Below are positions 30,053-39,270 of a DNA stretch of 50,473 nucleotides, piece by piece. Numbering within the stretch: the first letter of the stretch is position 1; every line of letters begins with the position of its first letter. Source of the DNA: Nitrososphaeria archaeon (lineage in GTDB: Archaea; Thermoproteota; Nitrososphaeria; JACIWG01); assembly GCA_963752255.1 (NCBI GenBank), contig CAVVXT010000009.1:1-50473 (forward strand), read 5' to 3'. Below the pieces are notes generated by a model. The model was not told the DNA's origin. It did not search any database and worked only from the letters and a program-made list of their open reading frames with translations. A program made the translations under genes and the position numbers.

Positions 30053-31399
30053 CTATTTACGTAGAACTATCAGAAACGTTAGGTCATTCACGTTTGTACC
30101 AGTTGGCCCGGTCATTATAAGGCAGCCCAACTGTTTGAGGAAAGTGTACGAATCATTATTTTCTAGAAACTTTAGAGGATCAAGCCCTCTTCCCAAAGCT
30201 TTTTCGATTGTACACCCTTCCACTATTGCTCCTGCCGCGTCACTGTTTCCATCTATACCGTCACTGCCAATGGAAACGAATCTTATATGCGGTAATCCTT
30301 TTATTGCCAAAGCAAAAGATAGAGCCATTTCCTGATTTCTTCCGCCCCTGCCGTTTCCTCTAAGCGTGACCGTTGTTTCGCCGCCTAAGAAAATAATACA
30401 TGGTGGTCTCAATGGAACGTTTTGATTTAATATCTGCTTCCCTATCGATCCGATAACCTTACCAACTTCTTTGGCCTCACCTTCTAAGTACGACGTCAGT
30501 ATCATCGTCTTCAAACCTAACGACTTAGCTTTGTTAGCCATGGCTTGCAAGGCTTTAGTGTTGTTGGCGACGACGATGTTGGTTACCTTACTGAATATCC
30601 TGTCATCACGCTTCGGAGTATCGGGTATCTTTCCGTCCACCCCCTGTTTTATCCGATTCAAGATGTTCTCAGGGACTTTTTCTAGGATATGATACTTCTC
30701 GAATAATGAATAGACATCCTCGAATGTATATGGATCGGGAGAAGTTGGACCTGAAGCTATTGAACTCAACTCGTCTCCGACAACATCTGATAGGACAAGG
30801 CTGATAACTTTGGCTGGATAAATGTGGCGCGCAAACTGACCGCCTTTAACGTCTGAAATGTGCTTTCTTATACAGTTGATTTCTTGAATGGTTAGGCCTT
30901 CTGCGAGCATCAATTTCGTCATTTCTTGTTCATCGCGCAATGTAACGCCCTTTGCGGGATATGTAAAGAGCGCGGAGCCACCTCCTGATATTAGACACAG
31001 AACCAGATCATTAGAATTCAGGCTTTCAGTAAGTGAAAGCAACTCCTTAGCTGAATTCACGTTAAGTTCTGTTGGAATAGGGTGAGTTCCTTCAAGTATC
31101 TTTATTTTTTTCAACCTGCAATCTTTTATTGATCCCTTTGGAACTATAACAGCTCCAGCTTTGATTACTTTGTTCAAAACATTCTCGCAAGCCAACGCCA
31201 TCTGATAACTTGCTTTGCCAAAACCGACAACTACTATCGTCTTGTGAATTTTCTTCTGCTTAAAAATTGTTGATAAAGTCTTAACAACTGAAGAATATGG
31301 GTTAGCCGCTTCTATACCGCACTCAACAATCTCAAGAGCCGCTCTATCGGGTTCTGTCACACATAGGTCGTTCCAATTTAAGATCTTTCTAGACGTCAC
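30053..31399 (-). CDS. gckA: Glycerate 2-kinase (class II, MOFRL family)
   Basis: GFGKAS, HPIP, LISGGGSAL, IRKHIS.VKGG, SDVVGD, IASGP, GGETTV, GRGGRNQE, DGIDG and TGPTGTNVND. Confidence 0.93.
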   Translation of the reverse strand: MTSRKILNWNDLCVTEPDRAALEIVECGIEAANPYSSVVKTLSTIFKQKKIHKTIVVVGFGKASYQMALACENVLNKVIKAGAVIVPKGSIKDCRLKKIKILEGTHPIPTELNVNSAKELLSLTESLNSNDLVLCLISGGGSALFTYPAKGVTLRDEQEMTKLMLAEGLTIQEINCIRKHISDVKGGQFARHIYPAKVISLVLSDVVGDELSSIASGPTSPDPYTFEDVYSLFEKYHILEKVPENILNRIKQGVDGKIPDTPKRDDRIFSKVTNIVVANNTKALQAMANKAKSLGLKTMILTSYLEGEAKEVGKVIGSIGKQILNQNVPLRPPCIIFLGGETTVTLRGNGRGGRNQEMALSFALAIKGLPHIRFVSIGSDGIDGNSDAAGAIVEGCTIEKALGRGLDPLKFLENNDSYTFLKQLGCLIMTGPTGTNVNDLTFLIVLRK

Positions 31400-31509
31400 A
31401 CGGATAACTTCGCATCAATGTTTTAAAAATATTTTGTAAAATAGAAGCGTAAAAATTAAAATGCTTAATATGCAACATACTTTTAAATCTTAGTGACACT
31501 AAACCTAAA

Positions 31510-31812
31510 ATGACTAGCCTGATTCCAGCTGAATATGCGTGGATATTACCTATAATAATACCTCTAATACTTGGATTGATTATTGGCGTAATTGTTAAAC
31601 GTGCGTTGAAGCTCATTTTAGCAATCGTCCTACTCTTGGTAGTGTCGGTTGCAATAGGATTCATAGTGTTACCATCTCTTACAGATATTGCAAACTCGGC
31701 TCTAAAGTATCTACCTTTAATATGGTCAGGGGCAGGTCCCTTTATCAACCTGTTGCCATATTCTTCAATATCTTTCATAATAGGGTTGATCATCGGCCTG
31801 TGGAAGGGTTAA
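31510..31812 (+). CDS. Small membrane protein, FUN14-like
   Basis: 'LGLIIGVIVKRALKL' and C-terminal 'LP.SSISFIIGLIIGLWKG' resemble the FUN14 family pattern (G...G...Kk..K...lp...F..G...G.k.G). Family call is from recall. Confidence 0.55.
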   Translation: MTSLIPAEYAWILPIIIPLILGLIIGVIVKRALKLILAIVLLLVVSVAIGFIVLPSLTDIANSALKYLPLIWSGAGPFINLLPYSSISFIIGLIIGLWKG

Positions 31813-31924
31813 AAAACATCATCCAGAAGACTATATAAGAAAATGTTAAAGGTTAATTTTCCATTGATTTTAATAGTTTATGTTAATTCAATTCAAATGT
31901 GTGAAAATGTAATGGATAGATCAA

Positions 31925-32752
31925 CTACTTTATATTTTCTTTAAGAAAAGTCATAGATAACGTAGCAAGATCCTTTTGCTCTGGTTTTGATAGACATTCA
32001 ACAGTATACCAGCCATCGTATCCTACCTTTTGTAAAGCTATTAGGATATTGTTAAAGTCTATATGGCCTAAACCAGGGGACTGACGGTTGTTATCTGATA
32101 GTTTTACATGCCAGATTTTGTCTTTCGCATAATTGATAGATTGCTCGTATTTTCCTTCTTCAATGTTCATGTGATAAGTATTTATGACCACTCCAGTTTT
32201 TATCAGCCCTAATTTTTCTATTAAATCATATGCCTCCTTAATCGTTGTTAGGTAACCTGCTTCATAATGGTTGATCGGTTCTATAAGAACCTCTACACCA
32301 ACATCATTTGCTTTCTTATCTAAAATCTTTAAAGAAGCATCCAACCAAATAGAAGATCTTCCATCGACAGCATTCTTGCCCATTATCAGACCGATCATTA
32401 GAGGGGACGAGAGGATTTCGGCAATCGAGAGACCTGACATCATCAAGTCTAAAGCTTTTGCTCTTACCGCAGAATTAGAACCCGTAAGATAATAGTTCAA
32501 GTGCGAATAGTAATTGTCCGTTGACAAGCCTGAGACGGACATTCCATAACATGCCATAATCTCTTTTAATTTGTCAACTATCACTTTTATATCAAACATA
32601 AGGGGTATTTCTACACCGTAATATCCTACATCTTTCAAAATAGATAAAGCGTTTTCAAAGTCTTTCTGATCTTCGATGTTTTTAGAGATATTTTTAATAT
32701 AGTATCCGAAGGATTCGGAGATTACATAGCTGTACTTTGGCATGCTACTCAT
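31925..32752 (-). CDS. Sugar phosphate isomerase/epimerase, xylose isomerase-like TIM barrel (ketose 3-epimerase/Hyi-like) with altered metal ligands
   Basis: GYYGVEI, IEPINHYE, INTYHMNIEE, HVKLSDNNRQSPGLGHIDF and GYDGWYTVE. The listed ORF start (32971) overlaps the divergent gene, so the start was moved to the ATG at 32752 (32743 and 32767 also possible). Confidence 0.85.
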   Translation of the reverse strand: MSSMPKYSYVISESFGYYIKNISKNIEDQKDFENALSILKDVGYYGVEIPLMFDIKVIVDKLKEIMACYGMSVSGLSTDNYYSHLNYYLTGSNSAVRAKALDLMMSGLSIAEILSSPLMIGLIMGKNAVDGRSSIWLDASLKILDKKANDVGVEVLIEPINHYEAGYLTTIKEAYDLIEKLGLIKTGVVINTYHMNIEEGKYEQSINYAKDKIWHVKLSDNNRQSPGLGHIDFNNILIALQKVGYDGWYTVECLSKPEQKDLATLSMTFLKENIK

Positions 32753-32772
32753 TGGATACATATTCATACCAA

Positions 32773-32781
32773 ATATAAATA
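32773..32781. promoter_or_regulatory. Overlapping TATA boxes for two divergent, probably leaderless genes
   Basis: TATAAATA (+, 32774-32781) lies 22 nt before ATG 32804. TTTATAT (-, 32773-32779) lies about 20 nt before ATG 32752. Confidence 0.55.
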
Positions 32782-32803
32782 TTAGTGTAAACGATGCCAG
32801 CAT

Positions 32804-33190
32804 ATGGCAGCAAAAAAGATTATGATAGAGTTTGGAAACGTTGGAGCCGTTGAAGGCGAGCTTTTTGACAAAACTAGTCCAAAAACCTACGACGCGTTTT
32901 TGAAGGCGATGCCGTTTGAATCGAATGCAAACACATGGGGTGAAGAGATATATTTTGATACACCCGTTCAAATGACATCGGAGAATGGAAAAAAGAAAGT
33001 CGAGGTCGGAGATATAGCGTACTGGCCCCCTGGCAGATCGATGTGCCTATTCTTTGGCAGAACACCTGCAAGCACCGGCAGTGAACCTGTCGCAGCAAGT
33101 CCGGTCAATGTCATTGGAAAAATAATTAAAAATATTGAACTGTTGAATAAAGTAGAAGGTGGCACAGGAATAAAAGTCAAGGTTGCATAG
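32804..33190 (+). CDS. Cyclophilin-like fold protein (TM1367/DUF369-like)
   Basis: 'PKT...F...PF......WGEEIYF.TP......VEVGDIAYWPPG..MCLFFG.TP.S...P..ASPVNVIG'. Confidence 0.88.
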   Translation: MAAKKIMIEFGNVGAVEGELFDKTSPKTYDAFLKAMPFESNANTWGEEIYFDTPVQMTSENGKKKVEVGDIAYWPPGRSMCLFFGRTPASTGSEPVAASPVNVIGKIIKNIELLNKVEGGTGIKVKVA

Positions 33191-33355
33191 CAAGATATAT
33201 AAAAAATAATCGAACAGCCACAGGAAAGCTAGAACTTTTTTCAAGGAATCAATTTTATCAGAGCCTATTCAGACTGTAAACATCTATTTAGAGACATTTC
33301 CTAGCTTTGGTCGGATGAGAACATATTTATCTTGGTTGATGTACGATATTAGAGA

Positions 33356-34375
33356 GTGATAGTTTTGCCAAAACCAAAAGTTGTAATGACAAGGAAAATA
33401 CTTGAACCCGGTATATCGATCATTAAAGAAGATTGCGACCTAGTTTTGAGAGATAAAGTGGAGCCTCCAACAAGAAGGGAGCTCTTAGATCTTGTCAGAG
33501 ATGCGGATGGCCTTCTTTGCCTTCTTACTGAGAAGATCGACAAGGAAGTTTACGATGCTGGCAGGAAACTTAGAGTGGTAAGCACGATGAGCGTTGGCTA
33601 CGACCATGTTGATGTACCCGAAGCCACTAAAAGAGGTATATACGTCTGCTACACTCCAGGAGTACTTACTAATGCGACAGCGGATTTTGCATGGACTCTG
33701 ATCATGGCAACATCAAGAAGGCTTGTGGAAGGTGACAAGTACGTCAGAGAAGGAAAGTGGGTGATACCTTGGGCACCTGACATGCTATTGGGCTACGAAG
33801 TTTATGGCGCAACGCTGGGAGTTGTCGGTATCGGTAGGATAGGACAAGCGGTTATCGAGAGGTCAAGAGGCTTTAAGATGAAGGTGTTATACTATGATGT
33901 CATTAGAAGAACCGATCTCGAGAAGGAGTTGGGCATCGAGTATTGTGAAATAGATGATCTGTTAAAAAGATCAGACATCGTGACCATCCATGTCCCCCGG
34001 TCGAAGGAAACGATAGGGTTAATTAACGAAAACAACCTTAAGCTCATGAAGCCATCTGCAGTAGTCGTAAACACCTCAAGAGGAGGCATCATTGACGAAA
34101 GAGGACTGTACAAGGCGCTCTCAAATGGCTGGATATTCGCAGCAGGTCTTGATGTTCACGAAAAAGAACCTACACCGATGGAAGATCCGCTCCTTAAACT
34201 GCCTAACATCATCGTTGCACCCCACATAGCGAGCGCGACGCATCAGTCAAGGTCTAAAATGTCCGAATTCGCAGCGCTTAACCTTGTTAAGGTCCTCAAG
34301 GGGGAAGAGCCACCGGCCCTCGTCAACCAAGACGTTAAGAATATAAGGCCGCTGGACAAAGTTAAGATGATTTAG
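33356..34375 (+). CDS. gyaR: Glyoxylate/hydroxypyruvate reductase (D-2-hydroxyacid dehydrogenase)
   Basis: VGYDHVDV..AT.RGI, TPGVLT.ATAD, GIGRIG, NTSRG, AGLDV.EKEP and APHIASAT. Confidence 0.9.
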   Translation: MIVLPKPKVVMTRKILEPGISIIKEDCDLVLRDKVEPPTRRELLDLVRDADGLLCLLTEKIDKEVYDAGRKLRVVSTMSVGYDHVDVPEATKRGIYVCYTPGVLTNATADFAWTLIMATSRRLVEGDKYVREGKWVIPWAPDMLLGYEVYGATLGVVGIGRIGQAVIERSRGFKMKVLYYDVIRRTDLEKELGIEYCEIDDLLKRSDIVTIHVPRSKETIGLINENNLKLMKPSAVVVNTSRGGIIDERGLYKALSNGWIFAAGLDVHEKEPTPMEDPLLKLPNIIVAPHIASATHQSRSKMSEFAALNLVKVLKGEEPPALVNQDVKNIRPLDKVKMI

Positions 34376-35293
34376 ATGGTTTTTTCAGTAGAGCTCAAAA
34401 AAAATGGCTTAGCTTTCTCTTCAAAGTTTCCATGGAGACTTGGTGTTGTCTTCTTCATGGCCTATCCATCTCTCCAAAAGAGTGAAGACGAACTTGAGAA
34501 GGGTTTAAAGTTCATCACTCAGGACAACTTCTTCGATAGGCTCGAAGTGTGTAAGATAGGCGAGGAAGGCTGGAGGAAGGTCAACAAATACGCTCCAGGA
34601 ATGAACATAGCAAGAGGGTTCCAACCCGACATACTGCCAGGAACAAGGAGCATATGCACGGTTGATGAGGGAAAGAGAAGGGATACAGTAAATTACCTGA
34701 AGAACGAGATAGCTGTTGAAGCAAAACATGGCGTAAGGGAATTCGCCATATGCTCAGGTCAGATGCCCCAAGATTCAGTTAAAGGGAAGGAACAGCTCAT
34801 ATCATCTTTGAAGGAGCTTGGTGAATGCGCCGCAAAATATAATGCATCCTTAAGCCTGGAAACATTCGACATCGATAAGGACAAGAAGCAGTTAATAGGC
34901 CCTATTGTAGAAGCCGCACAGCTTATAAAAGAAGTGAGGAAAAGCTGTGACAACGTTTTCTTGATGTGGGACCACGGCCATGCGCCACTGCTGGGAGAAA
35001 CTTACGAAGCGGTCAAAAAATATTCAGATATCTTGGGTGTCGTTCACATAGGGTGCGGGTTACAGACGCCTCAAGGCCTCCTAGACTGGCATCCGGTCTA
35101 TCATACAAAGGGTGCGATAAACGATGAAAATGATCTCGCTCTGCTTTTCAAGGCCCTTATGGAAATAGGATATCGAGGTCCAGTAACTGTCGAAGCTAGA
35201 CCACAGGAAGGACAAACTTCTGAGGAAATAGTCAACAGCGCTAAAGGAGCAATCTACGCAGCCTATTTCATCGTAGCTAAGGGTCTGCTGTAG
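34376..35293 (+). CDS. Sugar phosphate isomerase/epimerase family TIM-barrel protein
   Basis: The full xylose isomerase-like metal set is present: LET(E), WDHGH (D, H), VVHIG (H) and VTVE (E). It starts immediately after the gyaR stop, so it is probably cotranscribed. Confidence 0.8.
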   Translation: MVFSVELKKNGLAFSSKFPWRLGVVFFMAYPSLQKSEDELEKGLKFITQDNFFDRLEVCKIGEEGWRKVNKYAPGMNIARGFQPDILPGTRSICTVDEGKRRDTVNYLKNEIAVEAKHGVREFAICSGQMPQDSVKGKEQLISSLKELGECAAKYNASLSLETFDIDKDKKQLIGPIVEAAQLIKEVRKSCDNVFLMWDHGHAPLLGETYEAVKKYSDILGVVHIGCGLQTPQGLLDWHPVYHTKGAINDENDLALLFKALMEIGYRGPVTVEARPQEGQTSEEIVNSAKGAIYAAYFIVAKGLL

Positions 35294-35361
35294 AGCCCTT
35301 TTTCTTTTATTTCTCAAACTTCTACCTTCCTTAGGGTTTTACACCTGAAGTCATTGATACT

Positions 35362-35775
35362 ATGTTTGAATATAATTCTTTGGCGGCAATGATTGAGATG
35401 CTGAAGGATTGGGCCAAGAAAAATGATGTTGAAAAAATACTGGAAATACATCTGGAGTTAGGTGAATTCGCAATGTTTCAAAGTAGGAACTTTAGGGCAA
35501 CCTTCAAACTGATATCTAAGGGGACAGTTGCTGACCATGCAAAGCTATTCATTAAAAAGATACGTGGAGTAATGGTATGTAAGAAATGTGGCTACACCGG
35601 CAGAGGAGTAAAGTTATATCTTGTCAGAAGAGGAACGTATCAGCCTTCCACCCAATGTCCAAAATGCAAGGAAATATCCCTTGAAATAGTCCAGGGAAAA
35701 GAATACATTTTAAAGGAAATCATGTTCAGGAGAAAGGGTTCTGAACTATCCGAAAAAGCCTTTTACAATAGCTGA
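35362..35775 (+). CDS. hypA: HypA/HybF-family hydrogenase nickel metallochaperone homolog lacking the N-terminal His
   Basis: 'IHLELGE...F.LISKGTVA..AKL.I', two CxxC (CKKC, CPKC) and 'EIVQGKE..LKEI'. The N-terminus is MFE instead of MHE. Its 3' end overlaps the convergent nuoM-like gene by 30 nt. Confidence 0.8.
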   Translation: MFEYNSLAAMIEMLKDWAKKNDVEKILEIHLELGEFAMFQSRNFRATFKLISKGTVADHAKLFIKKIRGVMVCKKCGYTGRGVKLYLVRRGTYQPSTQCPKCKEISLEIVQGKEYILKEIMFRRKGSELSEKAFYNS

Positions 35776-37233
35776 GATCAAATCTATTATCGGATTCGGG
35801 TAGATGCCTATTACGACGGCCAGAACAACTAGTAGAACTATTGGAAAGAGCATCTTCCAGTTCGGATCGTGAGCCTGCGAGTATTTCTCAGGCAGTTCCC
35901 CGTAGAAGACCCTTCTTACCGTCCAAAGCCCGTATCCAGCGGTTAAAATCGAAAGCAGAACGCCCGCAATCACTGTTGCGAGCATGATTAAATCGTATGG
36001 AGCTAGACTTTTATAGAAAGCTCCTATGAATATGAATATTTCCCCCCAGAATCCGATAAGAGGTGGTACACCTGAAATTCCAAGGAAGCCCAGTAGAGCA
36101 CACACGGTTATAATAGGCATTCTTGAAGCAAGTCCTCTCAGCTCGCTTATCTTTCTGGTTTTGAGGTCGTGAGAGAAGACACCAGATATCATGAAAAGTG
36201 CAGCCTTACTTAACGCGTGGCTTATGTATATTATGATGGCGCCTGTGACACCGATGATTGAGACGGACGCTATTCCGAAAAGCATATACCCCATTTGACT
36301 TATGCTCGAATAGGCAAGTAGCCTCTTCATGTCATCCTGGGCGAACGCCATCATTCCGCCGTAGACTATCGTTATTACTGAAAGAAGAAGAAGAGGGTAC
36401 ATGAAGCTCTGGCTGAAAGCTATAGCCGGAAAGGCAGTGTAGATTATTCTTATCGTTGCGTATCCACCTATACCGATCATAGCGGGTGAAAGTAGCGCGC
36501 TGATGGGCGTCGGAGCCTCTGCGTGGGTATCCGGCAACCAGGTATGTAATGGAAATATCGCCATCTTAACAAAGAGCCCCACCAGTATCATTAATGCGAT
36601 GGGCACTAGGTAGGTCAAAGGAATCAGATCGTTTACGCTTCCTATTTTATAGATGTCAAATGTGCCGGTTATCGTATATATGGAGCCTATACCTGCAAGC
36701 AGTATTATTGCACCGAATTCGGTGTACATAAAATATTTGAAAGCCACCTTCATCCTGTCGCCTGTGCCCCACACACCGACTAGGATCCAGGATGGAATCA
36801 GCATCAGTTCGAAAAAGAGGAAGAATATAGCAAGATTTGTCGATAGGACTGTGCCGACCATGCCTGCCACGTATATTAGATAAAGGGAATTGTATACTTC
36901 TATGTTATCCTCATTCTCCATGTACTTTATAGAATACACGGATATTACGGTAGCTAACAGTACAATCGTAAGGGCAACAAGACTGTTCAAACCGTCGAGC
37001 ACGAACGTAACGTCTCCGATGAGCGTAGCCCATTTGTAGGATTCCTTTAAGACATATCCGGTGCCATATAAATTGAGAGTTTCAATAATCAGAAGGCCAA
37101 GTACGTAGACTAGTGAAGCAAAAGAAAGCCAACCTACCCTATGTTTAAGCGTCCTACCCAATAAAAGAACAGCTATTGAAGCTATAATCGGAACAAACAC
37201 GATCTGGATCAATGAATACGGTATCAAAACCAT
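35746..37233 (-). CDS. nuoM: NuoM/FpoM-like antiporter subunit of a group 4 [NiFe]-hydrogenase complex
   Basis: FFELMLIP, VKMAIFPLHTWLPDTHAEAPTPIS, KRLLAYSSISQMG, HALSKAALF and GFWGE. Confidence 0.88.
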   Translation of the reverse strand: MVLIPYSLIQIVFVPIIASIAVLLLGRTLKHRVGWLSFASLVYVLGLLIIETLNLYGTGYVLKESYKWATLIGDVTFVLDGLNSLVALTIVLLATVISVYSIKYMENEDNIEVYNSLYLIYVAGMVGTVLSTNLAIFFLFFELMLIPSWILVGVWGTGDRMKVAFKYFMYTEFGAIILLAGIGSIYTITGTFDIYKIGSVNDLIPLTYLVPIALMILVGLFVKMAIFPLHTWLPDTHAEAPTPISALLSPAMIGIGGYATIRIIYTAFPAIAFSQSFMYPLLLLSVITIVYGGMMAFAQDDMKRLLAYSSISQMGYMLFGIASVSIIGVTGAIIIYISHALSKAALFMISGVFSHDLKTRKISELRGLASRMPIITVCALLGFLGISGVPPLIGFWGEIFIFIGAFYKSLAPYDLIMLATVIAGVLLSILTAGYGLWTVRRVFYGELPEKYSQAHDPNWKMLFPIVLLVVLAVVIGIYPNPIIDLISAIVKGFFG

Positions 37234-39266
37234 CAGCTTCCCAAGACCAAGAACCTGAGTATTAGGACCGCGACGAATATTCCGACGAGAACAAGTATCA
37301 GGTCATCGTTCATGTCCCCTGTCTGCCATCTGCGAACAGAGCTTGACACATTTTTCACAGTTCCTGCAATATAGTAGTTCAGACCGTCTATGACATTGAC
37401 CTCAACGTTCGAGAAAAGCCAGTTTGACAGAGACAACGTCGGGTAGACGATTAAATGATAGTATATCCTGTTGATGTACCACCTGTTAAAGAAGAAGCGC
37501 CTAAATGAAGAAACCAGGCCATGTTTTTCTGCATATGTGTCAGCGTTCCTTGACCTTTTTATGTAGAACAGGTAAGCGGGCAGAAAACCTACTGCTACAG
37601 ATGCGGTCGATAGTATTCCTATGAAAACTTCGGTAGAAGTACTCACAGTCACCCCCCCTCCTAGGAGGCTTACCAGATACCCGAAAGTAGAAATCAGCCA
37701 GTTTCCAGCAAAAAATCCAAACACTCCCAGAAATATTGTTCCGGCCACCAGGATCACGTATGGCACCCACATCGTTGGCGGAGCTTCACCTAAATGATGA
37801 CCAGGAGCAGAAGCATCCTCCTGTTTAACTTTGCTTTCGCCGTAGAACACCATTCCGACCATTCTAAAGGTGTAGAAGGAAGTAAGGACGACCAAGAAGA
37901 GCCCTAGAATAAAGAGAACGTACTGGCCGGAGATCACCGAAGCCTCCAAGATCATATCCTTGCTCCAGAAGCCGCTGAATAAGATTGGAACACCTGCTAG
38001 CGAGCATGAAGCGAGCGCCATGCTCCAGAAGGTTATCGGCATGTATTTTTTCAGACCACCCATATCCCTCATGAACCTAGAGCCCGCTAAATGGATGACC
38101 GAACCGGCTGCTAAAAAGAGGGCTGCCTTGAACATAGCATGGGTCACCAGCTGGAATACTGAAGCGACATATCCTGTAATAAAGTCGACGGAAAGGCCAG
38201 CCACCCCCAGAGATAGCATCATAAGGCCGATCTGAGCCACCGTCGAGTAGGCGAGGACCTTCTTGATTTCACTTGACACAGCAGCCTGTGTTCCGGAAAC
38301 GAATGCGGTAACGACGCCGATCCATGCCATAAATAAGAAAAAGGTCGTTAGAGTGTTGGTTCCCGTAGACCAAGCGAACAAATAGAAGATCGGAAACATT
38401 CTCGCAGCCAAGTACACGCCCGCATTAACCATAGTGGCCGCGTGTATCAGCGCACTGACCGGCGTAGGCCCAGCCATAGCGTCTGGAAGCCACTCCATAA
38501 GAGGAAGTTGAGCGCTTTTCGCAATAGGGCCGCCCAATAGGAAGAGGGCTGCAGGTACAAGAGCCCAGAGTGGCACACGAGATAGTGCACCGTTCTGCAG
38601 TTCGACAAAGTTCAGCGTTCCAGTGAAGGCCACTATTATGAAAGCGCCTACAAAGAGTAGCAGGTCACCGATTCTTGTGATTATGAAAGCCTTCATTCCA
38701 GCATGCGACGGCGAATAGGCTTCGTCTCCTTCTCCTACCCAGTACCTGGACCAGTCAGATTTCCGGTCCTTATAGTAGAATCCAATCAGAGCGTAGCTGC
38801 AGAGGCCGACCCCCTCCCAGCCGAACAGCATCTGGATCAGGTTATCTGATAGAACAAGGAGAAGCATGTTGCCGATAAAGAGGTTCATGAAGAACCAGTA
38901 GCGCGTAAGCCCCTCTTCGCCCTTCATGTAGCCGATCGAGTAGACCATTATCAAGAACGCTATAATGGAAACAACATTGGCCATTATGATGCTAAGGGGG
39001 TCAACTAACATCCCTGCCTCGATCTTGCTGAGAATGGGCGACCCTTGCACGGTTACCCAGGAGACCTGGCTCTGGAGAGGCCACACAATGTTTTTGTCGA
39101 GGAAGAATCCTGCAAGAGATACTGTGCAGACCACAGCTAGAAAGGAGAAGAATACAGCCATGTAGTTCCTTACACGTTTCCCCATCATAGCGAAGACGGG
39201 CGTTAGAACGGCTCCGGCCAACGGAAAAACCCACGCCAGCCACGAGAAGATAAGAGTATTGGACAA
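37233..39266 (-). CDS. nuoL: NuoL/FpoL-like antiporter subunit
   Basis: GWEGVGLCSY.LIGF, KAFI.TRIGD, KSAQLPL.EWLPDAMAGPTPVSALIHAATMV, HAMFKA and GFWSKD, plus a long C-terminal lateral helix. Confidence 0.92.
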   Translation of the reverse strand: MSNTLIFSWLAWVFPLAGAVLTPVFAMMGKRVRNYMAVFFSFLAVVCTVSLAGFFLDKNIVWPLQSQVSWVTVQGSPILSKIEAGMLVDPLSIIMANVVSIIAFLIMVYSIGYMKGEEGLTRYWFFMNLFIGNMLLLVLSDNLIQMLFGWEGVGLCSYALIGFYYKDRKSDWSRYWVGEGDEAYSPSHAGMKAFIITRIGDLLLFVGAFIIVAFTGTLNFVELQNGALSRVPLWALVPAALFLLGGPIAKSAQLPLMEWLPDAMAGPTPVSALIHAATMVNAGVYLAARMFPIFYLFAWSTGTNTLTTFFLFMAWIGVVTAFVSGTQAAVSSEIKKVLAYSTVAQIGLMMLSLGVAGLSVDFITGYVASVFQLVTHAMFKAALFLAAGSVIHLAGSRFMRDMGGLKKYMPITFWSMALASCSLAGVPILFSGFWSKDMILEASVISGQYVLFILGLFLVVLTSFYTFRMVGMVFYGESKVKQEDASAPGHHLGEAPPTMWVPYVILVAGTIFLGVFGFFAGNWLISTFGYLVSLLGGGVTVSTSTEVFIGILSTASVAVGFLPAYLFYIKRSRNADTYAEKHGLVSSFRRFFFNRWYINRIYYHLIVYPTLSLSNWLFSNVEVNVIDGLNYYIAGTVKNVSSSVRRWQTGDMNDDLILVLVGIFVAVLILRFLVLGS

Positions 39267-39270
39267 TCTC

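Noticed and set aside
32753-32971. Long N-terminal extension of the TIM-barrel ORF (start 32971)
   Set aside because: It overlaps the divergent cyclophilin-like gene, has no family-like sequence, and a TATA box supports a start near 32752.
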